Assembly (NCBI GenBank): GCA_964589485.1
Contig: CAZPRK010000002.1
Coordinates: 49,825 to 113,824, forward strand
Direction of reading: 5' to 3'
DNA length: 64,000 nt
DNA from: an uncultured Methanosarcinales archaeon
Lineage (GTDB): Archaea; Nanobdellota; Nanobdellia; Woesearchaeales; CAYSVS01
Every line of letters starts with the position of its first letter. The stretch's first letter is position 1. The notes under the pieces were generated by a model that was not told the origin of the DNA, did not search any database, and was given only the letters and a program-made list of their open reading frames with translations. The translations under genes and the position numbers were made by a program. Below are positions 10,491 to 20,497 of the stretch, in pieces.

Positions 10491-13117
10491 TTTAATTTAG
10501 TTGGACTTTTAATTTGCCTATAATTTTGATTTAAATTAGTTATTTCAGAATGTTGTTTCAAAAAAGTAATTGTTTCACTTAATGTACAATTTTTCCCTAG
10601 AGCTTTAAATGTTTCTCTAATAACTTTTAAGTCTTCAGGAGTATCTAGAGTTAACCTAAATTGACCTTTTTCATTTTCATTTGCTTCAAATAAAGCTATT
10701 TTAAACATTGAAGGATCTTTTAAAAACCAAGTCATATATTCTGTATCTTTTGCTTCTTTAACATAAGTTTGAGCTTTTTTAAGACAAGAAACATTAAAAA
10801 TTTCCGCATTAAATCCAATAGGGACATCTTCAACACCAGTATAATCTGCTTTTTCTTTTAAATGGAATTCAATCATTCTATCTATAAATGAAGCATCCAT
10901 TAAAGGATTATCTCCTGTAGTTCTTACGATAATTTCTGCATCTTCAATTTCAACGCATTTTAAAAATCTATCCATGACATCTATTGCTGACCCGCTAAAT
11001 GATTTAACATTTTTTTGAGAAGCAATTTCAAGTAATTCTTTATCCTCATCTAAATCAGAAGTACATAGTATAACTTCTGATAACTTAGATTGTTTCAACC
11101 TTTCTAACATTAACCCTATTGAAGTTTCACCTTCAATTTCAGCTTTAGCTTTCATTGGTAAACGTTTAGATTTTAACCTTACTGGAATTAAAGTAACTAT
11201 TTTTCTTTTAACGTCATTATAATTTATACCTTCATCAAAAGCAATGTCTCTATTTAATTCTCTGTTAATTAAAAGTGAACTTTCACTTGGTTTAACATTT
11301 CCTTCTAATGTTCTTTTGAATGAAATATCACCTGAAGTTAATACGTGGCCTTTCTTTAAATCTTTAGAAGCTACAATATATTTTTTCATTTTTTTTCTAT
11401 ATTCCAAGTCTCCAGAATGTAAATCCATATTATCGTTGCCTAATGTACGTTCAAATTCTCTAATTTTAGTTATAACATTATTTAATTCACTTGGGTTAAG
11501 GCTAGACATATAATCAAACCCTTTCAAACTCCTGTCGTCTGTAACATGTTTTTCTATTAAGTTTGCTCCGAATGCAAAAGCGTTTACTGCAATATCTTTA
11601 GATAGTTCAGTTTCAGCATCAGTATGATCGTGATAACAAACTGGTAAGTTAAACTCTTGTTTTAAATATTTAATTCGGTTTAGATTAACATCTTCAGGAG
11701 TTGTTGGAAAATTTTGTAATCCGTATACTAAAATTAATCCAACTTTATATTTTTCAATAACATTAATAGCATCTCTAATTTCATCAATAGTTGAACCACC
11801 TAAATATAATAAAATTGTTTTTCCTTTCTTTGCTACATGTTCAAGTAAAGTATGATTACTTATGTCGCTTGCATGAATACTATATGCAGCAACATATTTT
11901 TCAGCCAAATTTGCCATATTTTCATCAAAAACATCTGTTAATATATCAACGTCAAAAGTTTTAGCATATTCTAATATTTCATTCCAATCTTCAATTTGAA
12001 TGTTTTTTAAGTCTTTATATCCAGGATGTCTTGTACTACATAGTTTATCTGCATTAAATAATTGAAATTTAATTCCATCTACCTTTGAATGTAAAGCAAT
12101 AATTTGTTTTAATTTCTCTTTATCTCCGCAATGTGAAGAAGCAACTTCAGCAATAACATAACATCTTTTATTTGAAATTTCTTTATTTCCAATAAATGTT
12201 TTTGTTAAGTTATTATAATTATTATAACTATCTTCAATTAACTTAAAATTGTTATGACTGTTAAGGATTTCTAATACACCTGAAGCATTAGGTGCGTATT
12301 TTTCAATTTCTCTTATAACTTGGTTAAAATTAATTAATCCTTCACCAACAACCTTGCCCTCATCTTCACCCTTACAACCAGTTGAATCGGAAACATGAAC
12401 CCATTTAATTCTATTTCCTGCCATTTTAATGTAATTTTTAATATTTTTTAAAGAATAGGGGTTTATTATATCCATTGCAGGAAATGTAATTTCGTTTTGT
12501 TTGTAATATAATTCTGCTAATTTGAAATGACTTATATCTAATACAAATCCATGATTCCCAAGTCTAGAATTAATATCTTCAAAACAAACATCTATAACAT
12601 GATGTTCATCTGATGAAGCACATGCAGGAGGTGAATTTTCAAGACAAACTTCAATATAAGAGTTTTCACAATCTTTTAATATCTTATCGTAAGCTTTTTT
12701 TGATTTAATTAATAATTGTTTTCTTAGTTCAGTGATATCTTGTAGTTTATTTGTTTTATAACCTAAATGAACAATTAAAATAACTTCTTTTCTATGGAAG
12801 TTACTAAAAGTTTTAATAGAATTAACCATGTTATTATATAATTCTAAATCTTCATCTTTATATTCTTCAAATAAAACATTTTGAATAATGTTATCTACTG
12901 TATGGAATGCAATTTTTTCAATTTCATTATCTTGAATAAATTGTCTTAATTCTAATAACTTATTTAGAAAATCTTTATCTAAATCTGATTTTAATAGATG
13001 TATTTCTAGTATTTTGTCTCCTTTAAATTTATTAAAGTATTCTTTATAATTTGCTAAATCACTAACTAGACCTATTTTCATTTTCAACCCATTCAAATGT
13101 TTTTTTAATTCCTTCAT
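10487..13117 (-). CDS. Trifunctional nonulosonic-acid enzyme: N-terminal TIM-barrel (sugar-phosphate isomerase/epimerase-like) + NeuB-type nonulosonate synthase with SAF domain + C-terminal CMP-nonulosonate cytidylyltransferase (NeuA-like)
   Basis: 876 aa. The middle region (CYVIAEVASSHCGDKEKLKQII...) is NeuB-like, followed by a SAF-like segment (LVASKDLKKGHVLTSGDISFKR). The C-terminus (IVTLIPVRLKSKRLPMKA...IVRTTGDNPL) is an acylneuraminate cytidylyltransferase fold. An alternative start at the internal Met would place it at 13081. Confidence 0.8.
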   Translation of the reverse strand: MKELKKHLNGLKMKIGLVSDLANYKEYFNKFKGDKILEIHLLKSDLDKDFLNKLLELRQFIQDNEIEKIAFHTVDNIIQNVLFEEYKDEDLELYNNMVNSIKTFSNFHRKEVILIVHLGYKTNKLQDITELRKQLLIKSKKAYDKILKDCENSYIEVCLENSPPACASSDEHHVIDVCFEDINSRLGNHGFVLDISHFKLAELYYKQNEITFPAMDIINPYSLKNIKNYIKMAGNRIKWVHVSDSTGCKGEDEGKVVGEGLINFNQVIREIEKYAPNASGVLEILNSHNNFKLIEDSYNNYNNLTKTFIGNKEISNKRCYVIAEVASSHCGDKEKLKQIIALHSKVDGIKFQLFNADKLCSTRHPGYKDLKNIQIEDWNEILEYAKTFDVDILTDVFDENMANLAEKYVAAYSIHASDISNHTLLEHVAKKGKTILLYLGGSTIDEIRDAINVIEKYKVGLILVYGLQNFPTTPEDVNLNRIKYLKQEFNLPVCYHDHTDAETELSKDIAVNAFAFGANLIEKHVTDDRSLKGFDYMSSLNPSELNNVITKIREFERTLGNDNMDLHSGDLEYRKKMKKYIVASKDLKKGHVLTSGDISFKRTLEGNVKPSESSLLINRELNRDIAFDEGINYNDVKRKIVTLIPVRLKSKRLPMKAKAEIEGETSIGLMLERLKQSKLSEVILCTSDLDEDKELLEIASQKNVKSFSGSAIDVMDRFLKCVEIEDAEIIVRTTGDNPLMDASFIDRMIEFHLKEKADYTGVEDVPIGFNAEIFNVSCLKKAQTYVKEAKDTEYMTWFLKDPSMFKIALFEANENEKGQFRLTLDTPEDLKVIRETFKALGKNCTLSETITFLKQHSEITNLNQNYRQIKSPTKLK

Positions 13118-13970
13118 TTAAAGATGTTAAATTATTCCATCCTAAATTTTTAATTTTTTTACAATCTAATACACTTCTAAATATATCTCCTTTTCTTGGA
13201 TTTTTAAATTCAGAAGTTATTTCTTTTCCGCTAATTTCTTTATATACTTGAATTAAATCAAGTAATGATGTTTCCAGTCCAGTTGAAACGTTTAATGAAT
13301 CATTATCCCAATCAATTGCCATAATATTAGCATTTGCTACATCTTCAACATAAACAAAGTCTCTTGTTTGTTTACCGTCACCAAATATTATTGGGTTTTC
13401 ATTTTTACTAACTTTATTTGCAAAAATTGCAACAACTCCACCTTCGCCAAAAGGATCTTGCCTTGGACCGTATACATTTGCATAGTTTAATGAAACATAT
13501 TTTAAATTAAACAATTTAGAATAAATTTCTAAATATTTTTGAAAAGTTAATTTAGATAATCCATAAGGAACTAAAGGGTTTTTAGGATGTTTTTCATCAA
13601 CAGGATAATATTCAGCTTCTCCAATTGTTGCACCACCACTATTTCCATAAATAAATTTAGAATTATATTTTCTTGCTAATTCTAATAATTTTAATCCTCC
13701 TATAATATTCACTTGGGCATCAAATAAAGGATCATTTATACTTTTATTTACATCTACTTGGGCAGCTTGATGTATAATTACATCTAAAGGAAATAATTTT
13801 TCAATTTCATCTGAAGAAATATCCATGTTAAAAAAAGTTGCTTTGGAGTTAACATTACTTAATTTCCCACTAGATAAGTTATCAATTACAATAACTTCAT
13901 GTTGATCAACTAGTTTGTCAACAATATGACTTCCAATAAACCCTGCTCCACCTGTAACTAATATTTTCAT
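13062..13970 (-). CDS. NAD-dependent sugar-nucleotide epimerase/dehydratase (SDR family)
   Basis: MKILVTGGAGFIGSH Rossmann N-terminus; 302 aa. Confidence 0.85.
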   Translation of the reverse strand: MKILVTGGAGFIGSHIVDKLVDQHEVIVIDNLSSGKLSNVNSKATFFNMDISSDEIEKLFPLDVIIHQAAQVDVNKSINDPLFDAQVNIIGGLKLLELARKYNSKFIYGNSGGATIGEAEYYPVDEKHPKNPLVPYGLSKLTFQKYLEIYSKLFNLKYVSLNYANVYGPRQDPFGEGGVVAIFANKVSKNENPIIFGDGKQTRDFVYVEDVANANIMAIDWDNDSLNVSTGLETSLLDLIQVYKEISGKEITSEFKNPRKGDIFRSVLDCKKIKNLGWNNLTSLNEGIKKTFEWVENENRSS

Positions 13971-15691
13971 TTTACTAATATAAAATACTCCTTTCCGATT
14001 TTTTCAATTTTTTCAATATTTAAATTTGCATTTTTAAATAATATTTTTAATGACTTTTTTGAAAATAAAAATAAATGTGTACTCGCAAACCATTCTGAAG
14101 TTTCGTGAGGGACACGAATAAATATTCTTCCGTTTTCGTTTAATAGTGTTTTTAATCTATGTAATGCCTTTAATGGATCAGGTAAGTGTTCTAAAATAGC
14201 AGAAAAGTTAATTAAATCAAATTTTTCTTCAGTTTTAAAGTCATCAATGAATATATTTTCAACCTTTAAGTTATATGTTTTTCTTGCAAATTCCGCATAA
14301 TGCGTTGTTGGTTCAATTGCAGTAACTTTCCAACCTTTCTTTTGCATTAGCCAAGAAAATTTACCTTCGCCTGCACCAATGTCAAGTAATTTTCCTTTTT
14401 CTAAGTTTTCTAAGAATTTGAAAGTATTTTCATGTCTTTTAGAAAAGGGGAGTCTAAATACTATATGTTGTTTAAAACTAATTTTATCTCTAAACTTATT
14501 TTTATATAATTCTTCTAATTTTTTCCAATTTTGTGGAAAAACAAATCTAACATTACATTCATCACAAGTGTAGTATGAAACTTTTTCTTTTGTATACCTA
14601 TCTTCGGTAATTGTATGAAATAATTTAGTTTTATTTGATTTACAAATTTGACATTCTGAGAATAAATCTTCTTCTGAAATTAATGAATCTTTTAATATAT
14701 TTTTATTTACAACCTTGCCAATAACTTGATTTAATTTATTTGGTTTTAATCCTGTTCCTGGTCTTTTTATTACTAACATCTCTTCAGTTATTATTGAATC
14801 TTTATTGATATCAACATTAGCAATAATACTTCTTCTTGCCATTTCTCTTGTTTCTTTTTCTTTTTCAGTTAAATGTTGAGTTCCATCTCCTAATGCTTTT
14901 TCCATTAACCTTATTTCATCACACATTTGTTTCATTTCACTTGGGTTCATGGATAAATGATGATCTACACCTTCTAAATTTTTATCTATAGTGAAATGTT
15001 TTTCTATAACTTTTGCGCCTAATGTAACTGCTGCAACTGAAGAAAAAGGACCAGGTGTATGATCTGAAAATCCAATAGAAAACGGAAATTTTCTTTGTAA
15101 TGTTTGAATGAATTTTAAGTTACTATCTTCTATTTTTGTAGGATATCCTGAAATGCAATGAAGTAGAACAATTTGATTATTACCTTCATTTTTAATTGCA
15201 TTAACTGCTTCTTCTATTTCTTCAAATGTAGCCATACCTGTAGACATTATAATTGGTTTATTTTTCTTTGCAATATGCTTTATTAACGGGATGTGTGTAA
15301 TGTCAGCTGATCCTAATTTGAAACAAGCTCCATCTAATTTTTCTAACATGTCTGCATTTTCTTCATCCCATACTGATGCAAAAAATTCAAGTCCAAGAGA
15401 ATTACAATATTTTTTTAATTCTAAATACTGACCATGTGTTAATTCATATTTTTTATACATTTCTTGTTGATATTCAGGAAGGTGTCCATCGTTTCCGTAA
15501 GTTTTAGCATCTTTGGTAACTAATTTTTCAGCAGTGAAAATTTGAAATTTCGCAGCATCGCATCCACATTCTGCTGCAGATTTAATTATTTCTTTAGCTA
15601 ACTCAATGTCTCCGTTATGATTCATGCCTATTTCTGCTATAATGAATGTACTTTTTCCAATTTCTTTTTTTCCAATGTTCATTCCTTCCAC
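13967..15691 (-). CDS. NeuB-type nonulosonic acid synthase fused to a zinc-ribbon and a class I SAM-dependent methyltransferase
   Basis: N-terminal FIIAEIGMNHNGDIELAKEIIKSAAECGCDAAKFQ is a NeuB signature. The C-terminal ~230 aa carry CxxC...CxxC and the SAM motif LLDIGAGEGKFS. Confidence 0.8.
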   Translation of the reverse strand: MEGMNIGKKEIGKSTFIIAEIGMNHNGDIELAKEIIKSAAECGCDAAKFQIFTAEKLVTKDAKTYGNDGHLPEYQQEMYKKYELTHGQYLELKKYCNSLGLEFFASVWDEENADMLEKLDGACFKLGSADITHIPLIKHIAKKNKPIIMSTGMATFEEIEEAVNAIKNEGNNQIVLLHCISGYPTKIEDSNLKFIQTLQRKFPFSIGFSDHTPGPFSSVAAVTLGAKVIEKHFTIDKNLEGVDHHLSMNPSEMKQMCDEIRLMEKALGDGTQHLTEKEKETREMARRSIIANVDINKDSIITEEMLVIKRPGTGLKPNKLNQVIGKVVNKNILKDSLISEEDLFSECQICKSNKTKLFHTITEDRYTKEKVSYYTCDECNVRFVFPQNWKKLEELYKNKFRDKISFKQHIVFRLPFSKRHENTFKFLENLEKGKLLDIGAGEGKFSWLMQKKGWKVTAIEPTTHYAEFARKTYNLKVENIFIDDFKTEEKFDLINFSAILEHLPDPLKALHRLKTLLNENGRIFIRVPHETSEWFASTHLFLFSKKSLKILFKNANLNIEKIEKIGKEYFILVK

Positions 15692-17247
15692 CCATTAGTT
15701 ATAGGCATTCGTCTTCCTGTTCCGAAAGCTCTATGAGTAATTCTAATTCCAGTAGCTGCTTGTTGTCTTTTATATTCATTTCTATCTACTAAATTAATTA
15801 TTTTTCTTACGATTTCTTTATCATAGCCATTATTAACAATTTCATCAAAACCTTTATCATTTTCAATGTAACTTTTTAATATTGGATCTAAAATATTATA
15901 TTCTGGGAGAGAGTCACTATCTTTTTGGTCTTCTCTAAGTTCAGCACTAGGTTCCTTCGTAATAATTTCATTTGGAATAATTTCTTTTTCTTTATTGATA
16001 TGTTTACAAATTGCATATACTTTTGTTTTGAATACATCTGAAATAACTGATAATCCACCAGACATGTCTCCATATAATGTTGCATATCCAACTGAAGTTT
16101 CAGATTTATTTCCTGTTGCAAGAACTAAATATCCAAATTTATTAGATAATGCCATTAATAAATTTCCTCTAATTCTTGCTTGGATATTTTCTTCAGCAAC
16201 ATTAAATTGTGTATTTTGAAATTGTTTATTTAAACTTTCAATATAACTATCAAAAATATTTTTTATACTTATTACGTCAAATTCAATTCCTAAATTATTG
16301 GCTAATTTTTCTGAATCATCTACACTTCCGCTACTAGAAAATTTACTTGGCATACTTATTCCTATTACATTTTCTTTTCCTAATGCTTCGACTGCTAATG
16401 CGCAAGTTAAGGCAGAATCTATTCCTCCACTTAATCCTAAAACTACCTTAGAAAAACCATTTTTATGAACGTAATCTTTTAATCCAAGAACTAAAGCTTT
16501 TTTGATTTCTTCTTCTTCAAAATCTTTATTAAATTCTATCTCTTTTTCAAAATCATTTATAATTTTAAAACTTTCTTCAAAACTATTTGCTTGAAAAACT
16601 ATTTTCCCTTCTTTAGAAAAAACATAACTTTTTCCATCAAACACTAAATCGTCTTGCCCTCCTACTAAGTTAACATAAACTACAGGGACATTATGTTTTT
16701 TTGCTTTTTCTGACAAAATAGTTTCCCTTAATTTATATTTTCCATGATTAAATGGAGATGCAGAAATATTTATTATTAATTCAGCTCCTTGGTTACATTG
16801 ATCTTGACAAACTTTATCAATCCAAATATCTTCACAAATATTAATTCCTATTTTTTTCCCAAAAATTTCTACAATGTTACTTTTTTCACCTGGCGTAAAG
16901 TATCTTTTTTCATCAAAAACATCATAATTTGGAAGTGATTTTTTATGTTCTATATGGATTATTTTACCATCGTGGATTAAAGCTGCAGCATTGTATAATT
17001 TATCTTCAATTTTATCAACAAATCCAATGATTGCATATTTTTTGCAATGAGAAGCAATTTCATTTAATGCTTTTAAATTAGTTTCAATAAATTTATTTTT
17101 AACAAGTAAATCTTTTGGAGGGTATCCAGTTAATGCTAATTCAGGAAAAACAACTAAATCTGTTTTATCTAAATAACTTAATATTTTTTCTTTATTTTTT
17201 TCAATGTTTCCCACTATGGGGTTAATTTGAGCTATGCCTATATTCAT
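15679..17247 (-). CDS. Glutamine-dependent NAD+ synthetase family protein (N-terminal nitrilase/CN-hydrolase + C-terminal NadE PP-loop). May act as a PseA/WbpG-like amidotransferase in this sugar context
   Basis: 522 aa. The PP-loop motif is GLSGGIDSAL. Two-domain architecture. Embedded between NeuB and UDP-sugar dehydrogenase genes. Confidence 0.75.
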   Translation of the reverse strand: MNIGIAQINPIVGNIEKNKEKILSYLDKTDLVVFPELALTGYPPKDLLVKNKFIETNLKALNEIASHCKKYAIIGFVDKIEDKLYNAAALIHDGKIIHIEHKKSLPNYDVFDEKRYFTPGEKSNIVEIFGKKIGINICEDIWIDKVCQDQCNQGAELIINISASPFNHGKYKLRETILSEKAKKHNVPVVYVNLVGGQDDLVFDGKSYVFSKEGKIVFQANSFEESFKIINDFEKEIEFNKDFEEEEIKKALVLGLKDYVHKNGFSKVVLGLSGGIDSALTCALAVEALGKENVIGISMPSKFSSSGSVDDSEKLANNLGIEFDVISIKNIFDSYIESLNKQFQNTQFNVAEENIQARIRGNLLMALSNKFGYLVLATGNKSETSVGYATLYGDMSGGLSVISDVFKTKVYAICKHINKEKEIIPNEIITKEPSAELREDQKDSDSLPEYNILDPILKSYIENDKGFDEIVNNGYDKEIVRKIINLVDRNEYKRQQAATGIRITHRAFGTGRRMPITNGWKE

Positions 17248-18581
17248 TCTAACCAGTGTGCATCTCCAGCTTCATGGTATTCAACTGTTTCTGGAAATTC
17301 AATTTCTTTCCAAGTACCCATGTTATCTAATATTAATTTTACATCTTTTGTTTTTTCTAAAATTTCAGAATAAGTAGTGTAAGTATATTGCATGTGCGGG
17401 GCAACAAGTAAAATTGTATCGCTTCCTTCCAATCCGTCAGGGAATGAAACACTTTCACATCCTGTAATACTTTTTATTTCTTCATCAGAATAATAAGGAT
17501 CATTTACTTTTACTTCAATTCCTTGTTCTTTTAATTTTTTTGCAATCGGAATTGCTGGACTTAATGTGTGTACTTTTAAATCTCCTGTATATGCAATTCC
17601 TAATAAAGTAACTTTTTTAACTCCTCTTTTTATTAAACTATTTACAACTGTTTCAGGTTGCATAAAATCAGTTTTAAGTGATTCTTTAATTAAAGTTAAT
17701 TTTTCTGGATATTTTGCTCCCTCTAGAACATATTGTGGAGCTAATGGGATACAATATCCACCTGTTCCGAAACTTGGATGGAATGTTCCGATGTTCCATT
17801 TAGTTCCTGCCATTTTTAAAACTTCAGTCATATTCATGTCAGGGTAAGCTAAACTTAATTGGTTTGCAAAAGTAATGTCTAATTGCCTATATGCGTTTTC
17901 TATACTTTTAACAATTGCGGCATGTTTATGATCTTTTGCTTCTAAAATTGTATCGCAAATTATGTTTAAAACTTCTGCCATTAATTTAGTTGTTTTAGTT
18001 GTGGTTCCGCCAACAACCCTTGGAAGAGTTTTTAATGTTTTATCTGATTCTGTGAACCAATCTCTTCTTGGTGCAATTCCTAACAAAATATCTACTCCTA
18101 CCTTTAAACCATTACTTTCAAGTAAAGGTATGACTATATTATCTGTTACTGTAGGAGTTAATGTACTTTCAACAATAATTAAAGGAGGATGATCTAAGTT
18201 TAATTTTTTTATATTTGTAATTTTAAGAATAACGTCTTTAAGAATATCATGGAACGGTTTTCCGTTCATTTCAGTAGGGATTGTAATTAAATGTACAGCT
18301 ACATCTTCATGGATTAATTCTTCCCAGTTAGTTGTTGCAATCATACGTTTATCTTTTGCTAATTTTCGTACATCAAAACCAAGCCAAAATTCAAAATTCG
18401 GTATAGTGACTCTTCCATGATTAACATCATCTACTCTTTCTAAATTAAGATCTGTTCCAACACATTTTACTCCTGCTTTTGCAAAATATGAAATAGATGA
18501 GAAACCAATGTAACCTAATCCCCAAACACCAATTTTTTTATTTCCGTTTTTTAATTTTTCTTTTAAATTCATATGATTCAC
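17244..18581 (-). CDS. UDP-glucose/GDP-mannose dehydrogenase family enzyme (nucleotide-sugar 6-dehydrogenase, WecC/WbpA-like)
   Basis: N-terminal KKIGVWGLGYIGFSS (GxGYxG NAD-binding motif); 445 aa. Confidence 0.85.
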   Translation of the reverse strand: MNHMNLKEKLKNGNKKIGVWGLGYIGFSSISYFAKAGVKCVGTDLNLERVDDVNHGRVTIPNFEFWLGFDVRKLAKDKRMIATTNWEELIHEDVAVHLITIPTEMNGKPFHDILKDVILKITNIKKLNLDHPPLIIVESTLTPTVTDNIVIPLLESNGLKVGVDILLGIAPRRDWFTESDKTLKTLPRVVGGTTTKTTKLMAEVLNIICDTILEAKDHKHAAIVKSIENAYRQLDITFANQLSLAYPDMNMTEVLKMAGTKWNIGTFHPSFGTGGYCIPLAPQYVLEGAKYPEKLTLIKESLKTDFMQPETVVNSLIKRGVKKVTLLGIAYTGDLKVHTLSPAIPIAKKLKEQGIEVKVNDPYYSDEEIKSITGCESVSFPDGLEGSDTILLVAPHMQYTYTTYSEILEKTKDVKLILDNMGTWKEIEFPETVEYHEAGDAHWLE

Positions 18582-18702
18582 CTTTCTAAGATTTTGATAT
18601 TGTTGGAGAATTTAGTATTGGCTTATAAAATTTTCTTTATTTTGCGCGCTTTTTTCTTGAATTTACGCAACCTTTATAAATGTAAAATACATTTTTGTTA
18701 AA

Positions 18703-18912
18703 ATGCTAAAGCAAGGAAAAGTTTTCGACGCAAAATTGTTATATGTAGCATGTTCTAATTGTAATTCTATCAGACAAAAGGTAAATGGTAAGTTTAATAT
18801 CTTAAAAAGAGGTAAGGAAAGAAATGGGATTGCGCGCTTTTTTTGTTTGAATTGTAAAACTTGGTTTAATGAAAAAACTGGTGAAAGTATGCAATGGCGA
18901 GTTAGGAGTTAA
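18703..18912 (+). mobile_element. Orphan IS1 InsA-like zinc-finger ORF (transposase N-terminal fragment); no InsB catalytic part follows
   Basis: CSNCNS...NGK...RFFCLNCKTWFNEKTG resembles the CxxC...CxxCxKTW zinc finger of IS1 InsA. It is flanked by two near-identical about 23-nt repeats, TTGCGCGCTTTTTT..TTGAATT, at 18642-18664 and 18830-18854. Confidence 0.4.
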
Positions 18913-18953
18913 TTCCATAACCTTTTAATACCTTATATAATTCTGCGAATTAA

Positions 18954-20474
18954 ATGAAACATAATCTTGATTATTATTTTAATTATGAGAATATTTTAGA
19001 TCATTTCGCTAAAGATTGGAATACTAAAGATGTTAATGGGTTTGTTTTTGATAAAGAATTTCAAATAAATGACGTTCCAGTTTCTTGGTTTTTAGATCGA
19101 TTTTTTGCAGTGAATAATATTCCTTCTACATTTAACATTTTAAATATTTTACATGAAAATTATATGCTAAAAAAAGAATTAAATCCTATTAAAAAAATAT
19201 ATTACAAAACATTATCTAAAACTTTATCTAAATTTTTATTGTTTAATGAAAAACGAAAAATTAATTTAAGAAATAAGAAGTTAGAAGAAAATAAAATTTT
19301 ATTTTTAACTTATACTAATCACATTCCTAATTTTAAAGATGATTCTTCAATATTTAGACTAGGTAAATTAATTTCGTTAACTGAAGATAATTTAGTTGTT
19401 GTTTGTGATACAATGAGTAATGTAAAAACATCTAAATTTAAAGAAATAGATCATATGATTTATGATTTTGTAGATGAAGAATCAATGAAAATAGCAGATA
19501 AAATTTCAACTGAACTTAATACAAAGTGGAACACAATAAATAAAAAAGAAATATTTGGAGATTTATATAGTTACATTGAACATGCATTAAATTTTTTTAT
19601 GTCAAAAGAATTTTTATACCTTATTGTTTTATATTATAACGTTGTAAATAAATTATTAATAAATCAAAAAGCAAGCGTATTATCCTCTCATAATAGTTTA
19701 TATGAAAGATGTATTATGATGGCTTCTCATAAATTAAATAAACCTTGTTATATAATTCAACATGGAACTGGAGCAGGAACTGCAAATCCTAATGCAACAG
19801 AAAGTACTAAATTTTTAGTTTTTTCTGACATGTATAAAAAAAGGTTAATGAGTTTTGGTATAACTGAAAAAAATATTGAAATTGTAGGGCCTATAATATT
19901 TGATGAAATAAATTCCTTTATTGGTAAGTCTAAGCCAAGTAATCAAATATTGTTAGTAACTGAACCTTTTGTTGAAAGGAATATGTTGGATGAAGGTTTT
20001 TACTTTGAAAGTATTAAAAAAATATTGTTAAGCATTCCAATAAACATTCAAGTTAAGATTAAGATGCATCCTAGTGAAAAGTTATATGATAAATATGTTA
20101 AATTAATTAAAGAATGTAGTTTGAGTAATGTTGAAATTATTAATCAAGTTGGAGTAAATGTGTTATATGAAGCAATAAATAATTCTAATATTATAATTGA
20201 ATTTGGGTCTACTGTTGCAATAGAAGCTATGATTTTAGATAAACCAGTAATAACAATAAATTTAAGTTCTGGGACAGGAAATTATGAAATAATTAAGAAA
20301 AGTAAAGCAACAATGGAAATTGAAATAGATAATTTAACTATATCAATTAAAGAGTTAATGACTGATGATAGTTTAGTTGAAAAAAGAAAAAAAGCAGTTG
20401 AATCAATTTGTGGAAAAATTGACGGAAATGCATCTAAAAGAGCTATTGATATTATTACCAAGAAAACTTTATAA
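18954..20474 (+). CDS. CDP-glycerol glycerophosphotransferase-like protein (TagF/TagB family, GT-B)
   Basis: The C-terminal segment NSNIIIEFGSTVAIEAMILDKPVITIN resembles the TagF LITDYSSxxFDxxxxxKPxI motif; 506 aa. Confidence 0.5.
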   Translation: MKHNLDYYFNYENILDHFAKDWNTKDVNGFVFDKEFQINDVPVSWFLDRFFAVNNIPSTFNILNILHENYMLKKELNPIKKIYYKTLSKTLSKFLLFNEKRKINLRNKKLEENKILFLTYTNHIPNFKDDSSIFRLGKLISLTEDNLVVVCDTMSNVKTSKFKEIDHMIYDFVDEESMKIADKISTELNTKWNTINKKEIFGDLYSYIEHALNFFMSKEFLYLIVLYYNVVNKLLINQKASVLSSHNSLYERCIMMASHKLNKPCYIIQHGTGAGTANPNATESTKFLVFSDMYKKRLMSFGITEKNIEIVGPIIFDEINSFIGKSKPSNQILLVTEPFVERNMLDEGFYFESIKKILLSIPINIQVKIKMHPSEKLYDKYVKLIKECSLSNVEIINQVGVNVLYEAINNSNIIIEFGSTVAIEAMILDKPVITINLSSGTGNYEIIKKSKATMEIEIDNLTISIKELMTDDSLVEKRKKAVESICGKIDGNASKRAIDIITKKTL

Positions 20475-20497
20475 ACTACTTTATTTTCTGAATTTAC

